From: Bacteroidales bacterium
GTDB taxonomy: Bacteria; Bacteroidota; Bacteroidia; Bacteroidales; JBDKHP01
Length of the DNA: 64,000 nucleotides
Direction of reading: 5' to 3'
Assembly (NCBI GenBank): GCA_965230435.1
Contig: CBDDLB010000002.1
Coordinates: 598,706 to 662,705, forward strand
Below are positions 21,278 through 31,583 of this stretch, one piece after another. How positions within the stretch are numbered: position 1 is the stretch's first letter; every line of letters begins with the position of its first letter. The position numbers were made by a program, and so were the translations under genes. Below the pieces are notes generated by a model. It saw only the letters and a list, made by a program, of their open reading frames with translations, ran no database searches and was not told where the DNA came from.

Positions 21278-23188
21278 TTATTGAACTTCCTGATATCGCC
21301 GTAAAGCTTCGACATAAAAAATATACGGATACAGTTCCTCATCGTACCACAATGAAGCAAAATAAAGCCCAATAGGTGTTGCAGATATTCCATCTGCATT
21401 GATTTTTGTGTCAATCCAAGCGAAAGCTTTTTCACACTCTTTTTTATAGTCTTCTGTTGCCAAAGCAGAGATCGTTAATGCTGTTTCTTCAATGCTACCC
21501 ACTGCTCCCCAACTTCCGTCTTCATTTTGCTGACGAACCAGAAACTGTTTGCCTCTAGAAAGCATACTTATTATTCGTTTTCTTGCTTTGGGTTCGAATT
21601 CAAATACTTCAGTGGCTAAAACATCAGCAAGGCCAGTTACTACTTTCGATGTTCCATAGATCGGATTTTTACCTCCTGCTGAATGCTGGTTCCCGAACCA
21701 TAGAGGCAACCACGAACCGTCATCATGTTGCGCTTTTTCCATATATTTCAGGAGCCTGTAGACACTTTTGTAAAGACGCCTTCTTCGATCTGATGTTATA
21801 AACTCATCAGCTACATCCAGTACCGAACAAATGGCTGTGAATGCATGAGCAGAGATATCGGCACAACTGCTATCGAATGGTAACCTTCCCCAACCGCGGC
21901 TGAAAGTTGGCATTCCACCGTCTTTGTTCTGTAGGGATGTCAACCACAGACAACCCATTATTAAAGCTTCGGCTTCTTCTTTGGTTTGACCGCAGCAGCT
22001 CAATAGTGCAAGTATTGCTCCTGACGTATCATCTGCATCGGGTACAGAACCAGAAAAACTTGTCCACCCCCAACCGCCAGGCTTGGCCTTATTGAAAGGA
22101 TGTGTTTTTTTATATTGAAGTGACAATAAGTGCCTTCTGAGTTTTTTGATTTCCGTTTGCTTCAAACGGTTTTCCAATTCTTCGTGTCCTATAGCCTTTA
22201 TACTAAGGGTTGTTACCCAGTTGGAAAGATCTGTATCTATTGGCCAACTTCCGTCTTCGCGTTGTTGCTGCTCTAGAAAACGGATTCCCCTATTCACCAC
22301 CCTTGGGCTATCTGTCTGGCTTTGGTTCAGGCAAAGGTTCACGAAGGCTGTTAATGGAATAGCTTCAAGAAAACCTCCGCTTTTTGGGAGCATCTGTTTT
22401 AGTTTTTCCAGCACTGGCTTAATGGCCACTTTCCGAATAAATGCAAATAACGGGTTCTGCTTTGTTTTGCCTTTAAATATGGCTATGCCAACAGCAGCTA
22501 GGGCTGGTAATGCATAACTAACTACCTGCAAGTTGAAAAACTGATAAAATGAATGTGGTAAAACCATAAACTCAAATGGCAGTTGGGGGATACGGTTGAA
22601 AGTTTCCCTGTCGATCACACCACAGATTGTCAACATGCTTAAGATAGGCACCGAAAATGTATAATCCCTACCGTAAAACTCAAGTACACTACTCACGACT
22701 GATTCTGATGTAAGCGTGATTCTTTGCTCTTTTAAATACATCTCAATGGCTGCTAGACACTTATTCCTGTCTTGCGAATTTTCTTCTGCACAGAAAAAAA
22801 TTGCTGCATAGCAAAGCAGGCTTGTACTTACATTGCTAACGCTTTCTGGTGTGTCTCCCAAACCACCATCGGAATTGATATGCTTATAGAGCCAAGATAG
22901 CCCAGCAGAGATTTGTTCCTCAAAAGCTTCTGCATCTTTGGATTTAAAAGCAGCTATTGCTACAGCCGTTGCCAAAGCACTCGACGATAAGCGCCCAGTC
23001 CAGTAGCCCTCTGCATTTCTCTTCTCAATAAGCCTATCCACCGCCCAATTTAAACGGCTCTTTATGCTTGGCTGATGTAGTATAGATGTTTTCACTGACT
23101 TTTGCTTTATATTGATGTTCTTTTGGCTTTTTGACCTATAGTGAAGATAAAAAAAATAACCTATCCAGCGTTGCATTTCGATTTCCAA
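21278..23188 (-). CDS. Class II terpene cyclase / squalene-hopene-cyclase-like protein
   Basis: Multiple QW-type repeats are present (FLEQQQREDGSWP, WLTSLQNKDGGMP, YMEKAQHDDGSWLP, FLVRQQNEDGSWG). A DxDD-like motif VPDADDTSGAIL is also present. The start codon is uncertain. Confidence 0.7.
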   Translation of the reverse strand: MEIEMQRWIGYFFYLHYRSKSQKNINIKQKSVKTSILHQPSIKSRLNWAVDRLIEKRNAEGYWTGRLSSSALATAVAIAAFKSKDAEAFEEQISAGLSWLYKHINSDGGLGDTPESVSNVSTSLLCYAAIFFCAEENSQDRNKCLAAIEMYLKEQRITLTSESVVSSVLEFYGRDYTFSVPILSMLTICGVIDRETFNRIPQLPFEFMVLPHSFYQFFNLQVVSYALPALAAVGIAIFKGKTKQNPLFAFIRKVAIKPVLEKLKQMLPKSGGFLEAIPLTAFVNLCLNQSQTDSPRVVNRGIRFLEQQQREDGSWPIDTDLSNWVTTLSIKAIGHEELENRLKQTEIKKLRRHLLSLQYKKTHPFNKAKPGGWGWTSFSGSVPDADDTSGAILALLSCCGQTKEEAEALIMGCLWLTSLQNKDGGMPTFSRGWGRLPFDSSCADISAHAFTAICSVLDVADEFITSDRRRRLYKSVYRLLKYMEKAQHDDGSWLPLWFGNQHSAGGKNPIYGTSKVVTGLADVLATEVFEFEPKARKRIISMLSRGKQFLVRQQNEDGSWGAVGSIEETALTISALATEDYKKECEKAFAWIDTKINADGISATPIGLYFASLWYDEELYPYIFYVEALRRYQEVQ

Positions 23189-23401
23189 TCCTCACACTTA
23201 AGACATAAACTCCTGTTTAATAAAAAAATACACTTCAATTCAATATTCTTTCTATCTCACCTATATCTTTTATGAGATTTCTCCGCCCGTAAGTAACTTT
23301 GCTATGCTTTTGATCTTCAAATTTTGTGCGATAAGGTCTCAGACCTATTTATTTTAGATTAACTTTCTTCAAGTAACCAGTGGCGTACATTAGGAATTAA
23401 T

Positions 23402-24979
23402 CTACTTTAATTTTGGCTGAGTACTTAATGGAACAAGTCTGGCCTTTAAATCAGGATCTGCCATGTCTTTGTCCAGAGGAAACATTGGGCGTTTGATTCG
23501 TTTATAGCCTAACCTGTTCAAATCCTGATCGACACCACCCGGAGTTAAGGCCATAAGCCAATCTGCACGCATATTGTAAAGCTCTGGTACTAAGTAGCCA
23601 ATTTTCACAACAACAATATCGCTTTCCCTTGGATTAAGCCCTAAGCGCGTAAAATCGGCTTCTTTATGATATGGCTTACGTTTTTTTGTAACGATAACGT
23701 GAATGCTCCCCACCTTCACCACAACCTCTGTTTCTGCATATTTATCACCATGGTGGATGGCTTCGATTGTTCCCGATAATTTCACAGGTGGAGCAAAACG
23801 GTTGTCTATAGCTGCTCCTGCCAAGGCTTCTATTTTCCCTTTCTCTCCTATTTCAACAGCCTTTTTCACCAGCTCTGGACCCGGGATTGATGCGTAAATA
23901 AGAGATGGCCCATCTACTTTTTGGAATTCAGGTCGGGCCAGGAGTTCTTTCAAAGTCCATGTAACATCTCCTGCTCCTCCTGCTGTTGGATTATCGCCCA
24001 TATCACTGATGATGAAAGGGTGTTTTTTACTGGAAAGTGCTTTTGCCAGACATTCTTCCAAAGTAGCTGTAGGTGCAACAAACACAAACTCCGATCTTAC
24101 ATCCCAAAAACTTTTGGCCAAATCTTCGGCTGTGCTACTCACCTTTTCTTTATCGTCACCTGTTACCATCACCACGGCATGATTGCGCGGTTCGTATGCC
24201 CAAGCATAGCCAACCCAGATTGCAGCATCAACAATTCCTTCTTGCATAGAAGCTGGTTTTACTTTTGCATATAAGCTTTTTGCGGGTTCTATTCTGGTGC
24301 TTGTTTTTTCTCCTGGTAGCAATATTGGTACAGGAACCCAAGCTTTGTATTTGGGTTTGCCTTTGCCGCTTTCCAGTCGATCCAGAAGATTATCTACTGC
24401 GCGTTTCTTCGATTCTATTGCATCTTCGTGCGGCGCCAATCTGTAGCAGGTAATCAAGTCGGTGTTCTGTGCTAAACGCCAAGAAACATTTCCATGCAAA
24501 TCCATCGATGTTGAAATTAGGGTTTCTGCCCCTACAACTTCACGAACTTTTATAATGAAATCTCCTTCTGGGTCATCTAATCCTACAACGCTCATTGCTC
24601 CATGGATGTCGAAGAATACGCCATCGTATGGAAGATTTTTCTTAAGCATCGCTAAAGTCTCGTTCACCAAAGAGTCGTATGCTTCGTGTGTTACTATACC
24701 GCCCGGAAGTGCATGTCCGCGCAATGTTGGTATCCATTCTGCGCGTTTACGATTTGTTGAATCGGCTGATAGGAAAGGATAATAAGTGAACACCTCGTCC
24801 CCTCTTCTAGCATGAAAAGCTTCTATATGGGTCTGTGCTGGGGAAAACGTGCTTGATTCTATGGCTAATCCAGCAATTGCGATACGAGGTAGTTTTATTG
24901 TTTTTTCATTTTCTGCGGGCTGGTTGCACCCGAACATTGAAAAGAGAATTAAACTGAATAAAAGATTTCTAATAAACAT
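23402..24979 (-). CDS. M81-family metallopeptidase (MlrC-like), probable lipoprotein
   Basis: The signal/lipobox is MFIRNLLFSLILFSMFGC. RIAIAGLAIESSTFSP resembles the MlrC N-terminal domain, and the 525-aa length fits. Confidence 0.7.
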   Translation of the reverse strand: MFIRNLLFSLILFSMFGCNQPAENEKTIKLPRIAIAGLAIESSTFSPAQTHIEAFHARRGDEVFTYYPFLSADSTNRKRAEWIPTLRGHALPGGIVTHEAYDSLVNETLAMLKKNLPYDGVFFDIHGAMSVVGLDDPEGDFIIKVREVVGAETLISTSMDLHGNVSWRLAQNTDLITCYRLAPHEDAIESKKRAVDNLLDRLESGKGKPKYKAWVPVPILLPGEKTSTRIEPAKSLYAKVKPASMQEGIVDAAIWVGYAWAYEPRNHAVVMVTGDDKEKVSSTAEDLAKSFWDVRSEFVFVAPTATLEECLAKALSSKKHPFIISDMGDNPTAGGAGDVTWTLKELLARPEFQKVDGPSLIYASIPGPELVKKAVEIGEKGKIEALAGAAIDNRFAPPVKLSGTIEAIHHGDKYAETEVVVKVGSIHVIVTKKRKPYHKEADFTRLGLNPRESDIVVVKIGYLVPELYNMRADWLMALTPGGVDQDLNRLGYKRIKRPMFPLDKDMADPDLKARLVPLSTQPKLK

Positions 24980-25559
24980 GATGTATGTGCTTTCGTATAT
25001 GATTTGATCTTAATTCCTAGACAGTTGAGGGTATCACATGGACTGAAATAGCAAAAAAACCGTCTGTGGTATGGTTAAAGATGGGGAGATAAACCGAACA
25101 GAAAAAATTGATTCAAGACAAATTAGGAAAGAGATTGTGCATGGCACCACCATTGTCCTGTTACAGGACTAAAATCCAAAGAATTACCACTTGACTTACT
25201 GTATTTTACAAATTCAACTCAATAGTATTTTCTTCAGAGTAAACGGAATTGAGGCCATCATCATTTTCTGCTACAAACCGTGCGCTTACTGTTTGAGCAA
25301 ACAGATCGGTTTGTCCAAATCTTTTTCAATAATCATTACTTCAATGACAATCAAGTCACTGCAAAGCACTACCACCGTAAATTATAGCCATGGCAGTATG
25401 GGAAACCATAAAGACAGGTATGTGTAATACACAGCATTGTGGATCCCCAAGGAAGAAGACTCCACAATGCTGACAGAGACATGCACGGGACAAAGACTTG
25501 TAGCGTAAGGCACGACAGATGTAACAAATTGAAATAAAAATCTCGCTTCTAAAAAATAA

Positions 25560-26600
25560 TTATCCGGAATATACTTGATTCTCCTGTTCTGCAACACGGA
25601 TAAAAGTTGTACGCTTTGAGAGTTCTTTCAGTTTGTCAGCCCCAACGTAAGTGCAAGTGCTGCGGACTCCTCCTAGAATATCTTGTATTGTGTTTTCTAC
25701 CGGTCCGCGGTATTCAATTTCAACTGTTTTACCTTCGCTAGCTCTATATTCGGCAACTCCTCCAACGTGCTTCTCCATGGCTGTAGCGGAACTCATACCA
25801 TAGAATTTCTTGTAGCGCTGCCCATTCTTCTCGACCAGTTTGCCCCCTGACTCATCGTGCCCGGCAAGCATACCACCAAGCATTACAAAATCTGCCCCGG
25901 CTCCAAATGCTTTGGCTACATCGCCAGGGGTCGCACATCCTCCATCTCCAATTATGTGGCCTTTCAGACCGTGTGCGGCATCGGCGCATTCAACAATAGC
26001 GGAAAGCTGGGGATAGCCTACTCCTGTTTTCACCCGCGTTGTACAGACCGAACCTGGCCCAATGCCCACTTTTATAATATCGGCTCCAGCAAGCAACAAT
26101 TCCTCTACCATCTCTCCTGTTACTACGTTTCCTGCTATGATAGCCTGCTCCGGAAAACGGTCGCGGGTTCTTTTAACATAGTCTACAAAATGCTCGGAAT
26201 AGCCATTTGCTACATCAATACAAATGAATTTTAGGTGAGGATTAGTCTCTATTACAGACGCCATCTTTATTGCATCTTTTTCGCCCGTGCCTGAACTAAT
26301 TGCCAAAAAATCCTCAATTCCTTCAGGAGCCTCTGCAAGAAAACTGTTCCACTGTTCTACCGTATAGTGCTTGTGAATTGCTGCGAACATACTTTTCTCA
26401 AACAAAGCCAAAGCCATATCGAAAGTTCCGACTGTATCCATATTTGCTGCCATGACGGGTATCCCCTTCCACGAAATACCTGCATTGCGAAACTTAAATT
26501 CTCTGGTTAAATCAACCTGCGACCGGCTTTTAAGCGTCGAACGCTTTGGGCGGAACATTACATCCTTGAAGCCCAACTTTAAATCATATTCTATTCTCAT
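25560..26600 (-). CDS. guaC: GMP reductase
   Basis: [31 protein letters not shown] is followed by the IMPDH/GMPR barrel motifs [11 protein letters not shown] and [12 protein letters not shown]. The protein is 346 aa. Confidence 0.9.
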   Translation of the reverse strand: MRIEYDLKLGFKDVMFRPKRSTLKSRSQVDLTREFKFRNAGISWKGIPVMAANMDTVGTFDMALALFEKSMFAAIHKHYTVEQWNSFLAEAPEGIEDFLAISSGTGEKDAIKMASVIETNPHLKFICIDVANGYSEHFVDYVKRTRDRFPEQAIIAGNVVTGEMVEELLLAGADIIKVGIGPGSVCTTRVKTGVGYPQLSAIVECADAAHGLKGHIIGDGGCATPGDVAKAFGAGADFVMLGGMLAGHDESGGKLVEKNGQRYKKFYGMSSATAMEKHVGGVAEYRASEGKTVEIEYRGPVENTIQDILGGVRSTCTYVGADKLKELSKRTTFIRVAEQENQVYSG

Positions 26601-27106
26601 AGTGAAAATGATAAATTAAGCACGTGGTGCTATTCATTAGGAAAAACATCGTACTAATATTCAGAGTGATTGGCACGTCTTCTTAATAGTAAGTGGATTA
26701 AAAACTATCGACTTAAAATTGATGGATTGAGCTTGAATTGGATACAGATTATTAACATGTATTGTTAGCCCTAGACTTCTCTTTAATTATCAGGTAAGCA
26801 GCTTAGGAACACCTTCAGTAAAGATGAGAAAATTAGTTCGAATTTCATGGCCTTACCTAGATGAATCCAAACAATATGTGCTAATACAAACACAACAATA
26901 CTACGTTGTCAGCAACTACCTATTTCTCAATAACGTATATAAAATATCATCTTTTGCTTGAGTGAATTTGGTAGTTGGTTTGGCTCGTATGAAATGCCTC
27001 TGTGATTAAGGTACATAGATCTGTATCTCACAAAAATAAGGCTCCTTTCGATTTCATGGGGATTTAGTTTATATGAGTCAAAGCTTTTTCCCAAAACCAT
27101 ACAGCT

Positions 27107-27976
27107 ATGAAAACGATGCTTCTTGCGCTTCTTCTTTTCACAGTTTTTTCTGCTGATGCCCAAAGAATAACTGATTCATCAGAAAAAGAAAGACCTATGT
27201 GGTTAGCTGTCGCTCCAGATTCGAAACACTTTACGTACTACATTGGTTTTTCAGAAGCTTCTAATATAAGTCTGGGACATAAACAGGCGACTGAGAATGT
27301 TTTCAAGCAAATATCGGAAGAAAGAGGGATTACGATTGAAAGTCGCTCTGAATCTCAATCATACCTTAGAACCAGTTCAAGAAATAAAAAAATTGACGAA
27401 ACACTCCTATTCGAATTCTCAGGAACGGTAACGACAAACGGCGAAAAAGTCACAATAAGTGGTTTGCGCCAAGTTGCTTACTATTGGGAAAAGGTAACTG
27501 ATTATAAAGAAACCACATACCGTTACTGGGTGCTTGTCCGGCAACCAAGGCACGATGCAGCTATAGATTTACCTATCCGAAAGAGATATGGAGCATCAGC
27601 TGCACTGCGATCGTTAATCTGCCCTGGATGGGGACAATTACACAAAAAGGAAAAGGCCAAAGGGATAGTTCTATTAACAGGAGAGACTCTTTTTGTTTCG
27701 GGAGCTGTTATCGGGCAATTGATGTATTCACGCAATCACGATCAGGCTTTTGAGACCCAAAGTTTGAGCCAACGCGAAGTTTATCTTAGCAACAGGGATA
27801 AATGGGCTACAGTCCGCAATGTTCTCGAAATTGCTGCCGGTGCCGTCTACATCTATAGTTTTATTGATGCAATATCTGCGCAAGGCGAGCCCAGGTATTC
27901 ATATAAAACTAATCTAGATCTGAAATTATACTCAGACTCTCAAACAACAGGCGTCTCTTTTGTCTGTCGTTTTTAA
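27107..27976 (+). CDS. Hypothetical secreted/membrane protein (signal peptide; C-terminal GWGQ membrane motif)
   Basis: The signal peptide is MKTMLLALLLFTVFSADAQ. The C-terminal part LICPGWGQLHKKEKAKGIVLLTGETLFVSGAVIG resembles DUF5683-type membrane segments. Confidence 0.6.
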   Translation: MKTMLLALLLFTVFSADAQRITDSSEKERPMWLAVAPDSKHFTYYIGFSEASNISLGHKQATENVFKQISEERGITIESRSESQSYLRTSSRNKKIDETLLFEFSGTVTTNGEKVTISGLRQVAYYWEKVTDYKETTYRYWVLVRQPRHDAAIDLPIRKRYGASAALRSLICPGWGQLHKKEKAKGIVLLTGETLFVSGAVIGQLMYSRNHDQAFETQSLSQREVYLSNRDKWATVRNVLEIAAGAVYIYSFIDAISAQGEPRYSYKTNLDLKLYSDSQTTGVSFVCRF

Positions 27977-28058
27977 CTGTTCGGAGTCTTGAAAAATAGA
28001 ATACGAAGCAGGTTCAAACGCAATGGGAACCTGTGGAACACCTAATAAAACCAATAAA

Positions 28059-29630
28059 ATGAAACGGATTGGCTTCTTGAATAAACTAGGACTGGCAATC
28101 GTACTGGTTTTTCTTACACTTTCCTGCGAAAAACCTGATCCCAAAGGAAATATAGAAGGAACTGTAACCGACCTTAATGATACGCCAATAAAAGGGGCAC
28201 AGGTCACGAACACACTGTTGAAAGAAACTACAACCGATGCCAATGGGAAGTTCACTTATCTGGATGTTACCCCATTAAGTTATTCTTTCGAGGCCAAAAA
28301 GGTGGGGTACGAAAGCAATGGCGGGACTGTACTTGTTCAGAATGGCCAGACTGCATTAATCACAATACGGCTAACCAAACAGGAAGAAAAGCCACAGGTG
28401 AGCACTCAGGAAGTTTCCAATATCAATCTAACCAGCGCTAAAGTTACCGGTCTGATTTCTGGAATTGGCAGATCGGAAATAACGGCACACGGTCATTGCT
28501 GGAGCAAAAATGTAGCCCCTACAGTTGACGACAGCAAAACCAACTATGGGACGAAATTGGCAACTGGAGAATACATCAGCAATTTGACCGATCTCAGTCC
28601 AAATACTACCTATTTTCTTAGGGCATATGCTACTAATGCTTCGGGAACCACTTACAGTAACGAAATTTCCTTCACAACACTTAGTGATATCCTTGCCCCA
28701 ACTATTACAAATGTTTCCGCCAAAGAAATAGATACAAATACCGCCAAATTAACTGGTGAAGTTAATGCTCAAGGTGATGAAACTTCGGTTCATTTTGAAT
28801 ATGGCACTATGGATCAATACGAATTAGGAAGTGTCAGTACTACTCCAATTACTGTGAACGGTACAGCTACGTCCTCGGTTTATGCAGAACTAACGGGCCT
28901 AACTGAAAATCAGACTTATCATTTCCGTATAGTCGCTACTAACACAGGGGGCACAAGTTATAGTGAGGATAAAACTTTTAAGACGTCGAGCCTAAGTGGA
29001 ACTCTCGTTGATATTGATGGGAATGAATATAAAACTGTGCAAATCGGGAAGCAAGTGTGGATGGCTGAAAACTTAAGGGTAACGCGTTACTCTAATGGTA
29101 CTTCTATCCCGCAGGTTACTGATAATGCTGAATGGCTTGCTCTGGGAAATAATTATACTGATAAGGCATTTTGCTATTACAACAACACGTCTGCCAATGC
29201 GAAGAGTTTTGGCGCACTCTATACTTGGGCTGCTGCTATGAACGGAAAGGCAAACGCTACTGGTACTACTCAAGGGGTCTGCCCTACTGGTTGGCATGTT
29301 CCGAATAATGAGGAATGGGATGAACTGACAACTTACTTAGGTGGAGCGGATGTTGCGGGTGGTAAAATGAAAGTTACCGGGACGGCCTTCTGGGCACCTC
29401 CTAATACTAATGCTACCAATTCGAGCGGATTTAGTGCTATGCCTACGGGTTATCGTGGTACTGTTTCGGGGGCTTTTGATGGTATCACCAAATCGGCTCA
29501 CTATTGGAGCAGTTCTGAAGGTGATAGTAATAATGCTTGGAGGTGGGTGTTGTATCATGATAAGGGGAGTGTTGGTAGTTTTAAGGGATCGCTTTCTTAT
29601 GGGCATGGGGTGCGGTGTGTTAGGGATTAG
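28059..29630 (+). CDS. Lipoprotein with a CarboxypepD_reg-like domain, repeated Ig/FN3-like modules and a C-terminal FISUMP (Fibrobacter succinogenes major paralogous) domain
   Basis: ORF 28023..29630. The likely start is MKRIGFLNKLGLAIVLVFLTLSC at 28059. The C-terminus DIDGNEYKTVQIGKQVWMAENLRV...CPTGWHVPNNEEWDELTTYLGG is the FISUMP signature. Confidence 0.8.
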   Translation: MKRIGFLNKLGLAIVLVFLTLSCEKPDPKGNIEGTVTDLNDTPIKGAQVTNTLLKETTTDANGKFTYLDVTPLSYSFEAKKVGYESNGGTVLVQNGQTALITIRLTKQEEKPQVSTQEVSNINLTSAKVTGLISGIGRSEITAHGHCWSKNVAPTVDDSKTNYGTKLATGEYISNLTDLSPNTTYFLRAYATNASGTTYSNEISFTTLSDILAPTITNVSAKEIDTNTAKLTGEVNAQGDETSVHFEYGTMDQYELGSVSTTPITVNGTATSSVYAELTGLTENQTYHFRIVATNTGGTSYSEDKTFKTSSLSGTLVDIDGNEYKTVQIGKQVWMAENLRVTRYSNGTSIPQVTDNAEWLALGNNYTDKAFCYYNNTSANAKSFGALYTWAAAMNGKANATGTTQGVCPTGWHVPNNEEWDELTTYLGGADVAGGKMKVTGTAFWAPPNTNATNSSGFSAMPTGYRGTVSGAFDGITKSAHYWSSSEGDSNNAWRWVLYHDKGSVGSFKGSLSYGHGVRCVRD

Positions 29631-29861
29631 GTGTTGTTGTTTTTTGGGGAAGTATTGCTACGTTATTAGCATGGAACAGGGATTAAAAAAGCAGGATTTC
29701 TATGTCCTACTTTTTTGTAAATCGTCAACGTCTGCCGCATAGCCAATAAACAGGTGACCACTATGTTTGTCACCGGAACCGTAGAATTCCTCGCTTTTGA
29801 CAGAGAGTACCGCTTTCTCGGTGCTTCATCGGTGGGTTCACTTACGTTCATCTCTTTTATC

Positions 29862-30045
29862 CATACCTGACAAGTCAACCCTTGTCTTTTCTGTTTTCGC
29901 TTAGTACATTGCCGTTGCCAGCAACGCACTAAAACAGCGGTTTGAAGCCTATGCCTGCACATCGACTTTGGAGAGACGGTTCCACCATCTTATTTGCAAT
30001 TACGTGAAACTTACGCTTCACTCACAGCACACCTACAAGGAGCGG
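29862..30045 (+). repeat. Direct repeat copy 1 (~185 bp) upstream of the TlpA-like gene
   Basis: The core TCAACCCTTGTCTTTTCTGTTTTCGCTT..ACATTGCCGTTGCCAGCAACGCACTAAAACAG...GCCTATGCCTGCACATCGACTTTGGAG..ACGGTTCCACCATCTTA is nearly identical to 31413-31530. It ends ...CACTCACAGCACACCTAC..AGCGG. Confidence 0.85.
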
Positions 30046-30147
30046 GGGGGACATCGTTCAAAACAAAGTTGTTTGCTCCTGAAAAGTAAGGGTTTGAATT
30101 GAAATTGTAAAGTAAAAACGATTAAGCAAATTATTAACAAATTTTAA

Positions 30148-31344
30148 ATGTATTCAATGAAAAATATCAAAACAGCATTATTGATTTGCGCAGTACTAAT
30201 TCTTGGTGTCTCTTGCCAGACAAAGGATGAACAGGATGGCTTCTTAATAGAAGGAACTGTTATCGGAATGGATAATGTTTATATAAAACTATGTGAAACA
30301 GGAGATTGGCGAAATTCACGTACTATTGATAGTACCTTAATTGAGAATGGTAAGTTTACATTTAAAGGTAAGTTAGAACATGTGGATTTATTCAAATTAG
30401 ATATTGACTCAAGAGTTATGGGTTTAGTAATGCTTGAAAATAGCAAGATTAAAGTGAAATTTGACCTTTCTGACATGGATGATCGTACATGGATTAGCAC
30501 ACCTGTTGTGAGTGGTTCAGACAGTCATACACTGTATACTCAAATAAAGGATAAGGCAAGTGCGGTATTTAAAAAAGAAAAGTATAAAGCCATAGAAGAA
30601 CTCAAACAGCAAGTTATTGCAGCTAAAAAATCCAAAAAGAAAGAAGATATGGATAATGCTGTGGCTCGTGCTAAGGAATTGGAGTCTTTAAACAAGGAGA
30701 TGATTGATGAGAGCAAGAAAATAAAATTTGATTTTGTACATAGTAATCCAACATCTCCTGTGGCAGTTCATGTCATGGGATTTGAATTCTCCGAGTCAAA
30801 TATGGATAAAGGGAACATAAAGAAATATTACGACTTCTTTCAAGGTGATGCCAAGAAAACTCCATTTTATAAAGAGCATATGACCAAGATTTATAAAAAC
30901 TTATTTGAAAATGCTGCTGAGGGAAATATTGCTCCTGACTTTACCCTTACCTCTGTAAAGGGGAAGGAAGTTACATTGTCAAAAGTTGAAGGGAAGTACC
31001 TATTGGTTGACTTTTGGGCAAGTTGGTGCAGGCCATGTCGTGCTTCATTCCCACATTTGAAAAAAATAAGAGAAAAATATATGAAGGATGGATTTGAAAT
31101 TGTTGGGATTGGAACAGGAGATACTGAAGACAAATGGCGCAAAGCGATTCAAAAAGATCAAATTCCATGGATTAACTTGTTTGATGAGAGTGCAAAAAGA
31201 GGTGTTTTAGGGCCTGTAGCTAAAAAATATGGCGTGGCTCATTTACCCAATGTATTCCTAATTGATAGTGAAGGAAAGATATTACTTCGAAATCCTTCAA
31301 AAGATGAGTTGGTTGCCAAATTGAAAGAATTGTTTGGATATTAG
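30148..31344 (+). CDS. TlpA/AhpC-TSA family thiol:disulfide oxidoreductase lipoprotein (DUF4369-like N-domain + thioredoxin fold)
   Basis: The lipobox is LILGVSC. The thioredoxin active site is FWASWCRPC. The 398-aa two-domain architecture is common in Bacteroidota. Confidence 0.85.
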   Translation: MYSMKNIKTALLICAVLILGVSCQTKDEQDGFLIEGTVIGMDNVYIKLCETGDWRNSRTIDSTLIENGKFTFKGKLEHVDLFKLDIDSRVMGLVMLENSKIKVKFDLSDMDDRTWISTPVVSGSDSHTLYTQIKDKASAVFKKEKYKAIEELKQQVIAAKKSKKKEDMDNAVARAKELESLNKEMIDESKKIKFDFVHSNPTSPVAVHVMGFEFSESNMDKGNIKKYYDFFQGDAKKTPFYKEHMTKIYKNLFENAAEGNIAPDFTLTSVKGKEVTLSKVEGKYLLVDFWASWCRPCRASFPHLKKIREKYMKDGFEIVGIGTGDTEDKWRKAIQKDQIPWINLFDESAKRGVLGPVAKKYGVAHLPNVFLIDSEGKILLRNPSKDELVAKLKELFGY

Positions 31345-31391
31345 AGAAAATAAGTCGAACGGAGAATTATATACTTTATGGCTATTGTAGG

Positions 31392-31583
31392 CATACCTTG
31401 TACAGGATGAAATCAACCCTTGTCTTTTCTGTTTTCGCTTCATACATTGCCGTTGCCAGCAACGCACTAAAACAGTTGTTTAAAGCCTATGCCTGCACAT
31501 CGACTTTGGAGGAACGGTTCCACCATCTTAATTTGCTGTGAGTGAAACGCAAGTTTCACTCACAGCACATCTACGGTTAGCGG
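31392..31583 (+). repeat. Direct repeat copy 2 (~190 bp) downstream of the TlpA-like gene, containing a perfect 14-bp GNRA-capped hairpin
   Basis: It is about nine-tenths identical to copy 1 over the ~120-nt core, by eye. The hairpin is GCTGTGAGTGAAAC-GCAA-GTTTCACTCACAGC at 31535-31566. Confidence 0.85.

Noticed and set aside
25230-25370. A minus-strand frame ending ...QTDLFAQTVSARFVAENDDGLNSVYSEENTIELNL* in the guaC-M81 peptidase spacer.
   Set aside because: It is only ~41 codons, has no start codon and belongs to no recognisable family. It is possibly a gene remnant but is not supportable.
26601-27106. A 0.5-kb region upstream of guaC, examined for a purine riboswitch.
   Set aside because: I could not find the conserved purine-riboswitch junction and loop sequences or a three-way junction fold by eye.
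29735-30050. The minus strand contains GTGCG followed by hairpin-rich sequence with GAAAGCGGTAC-like strings. I considered a group II intron 5' end.
   Set aside because: I could fold no domain V (AGC...GNRA...34-nt hairpin). No intron-encoded reverse transcriptase is present. The homology between the two repeat copies runs straight across the GTGCG rather than starting at it.
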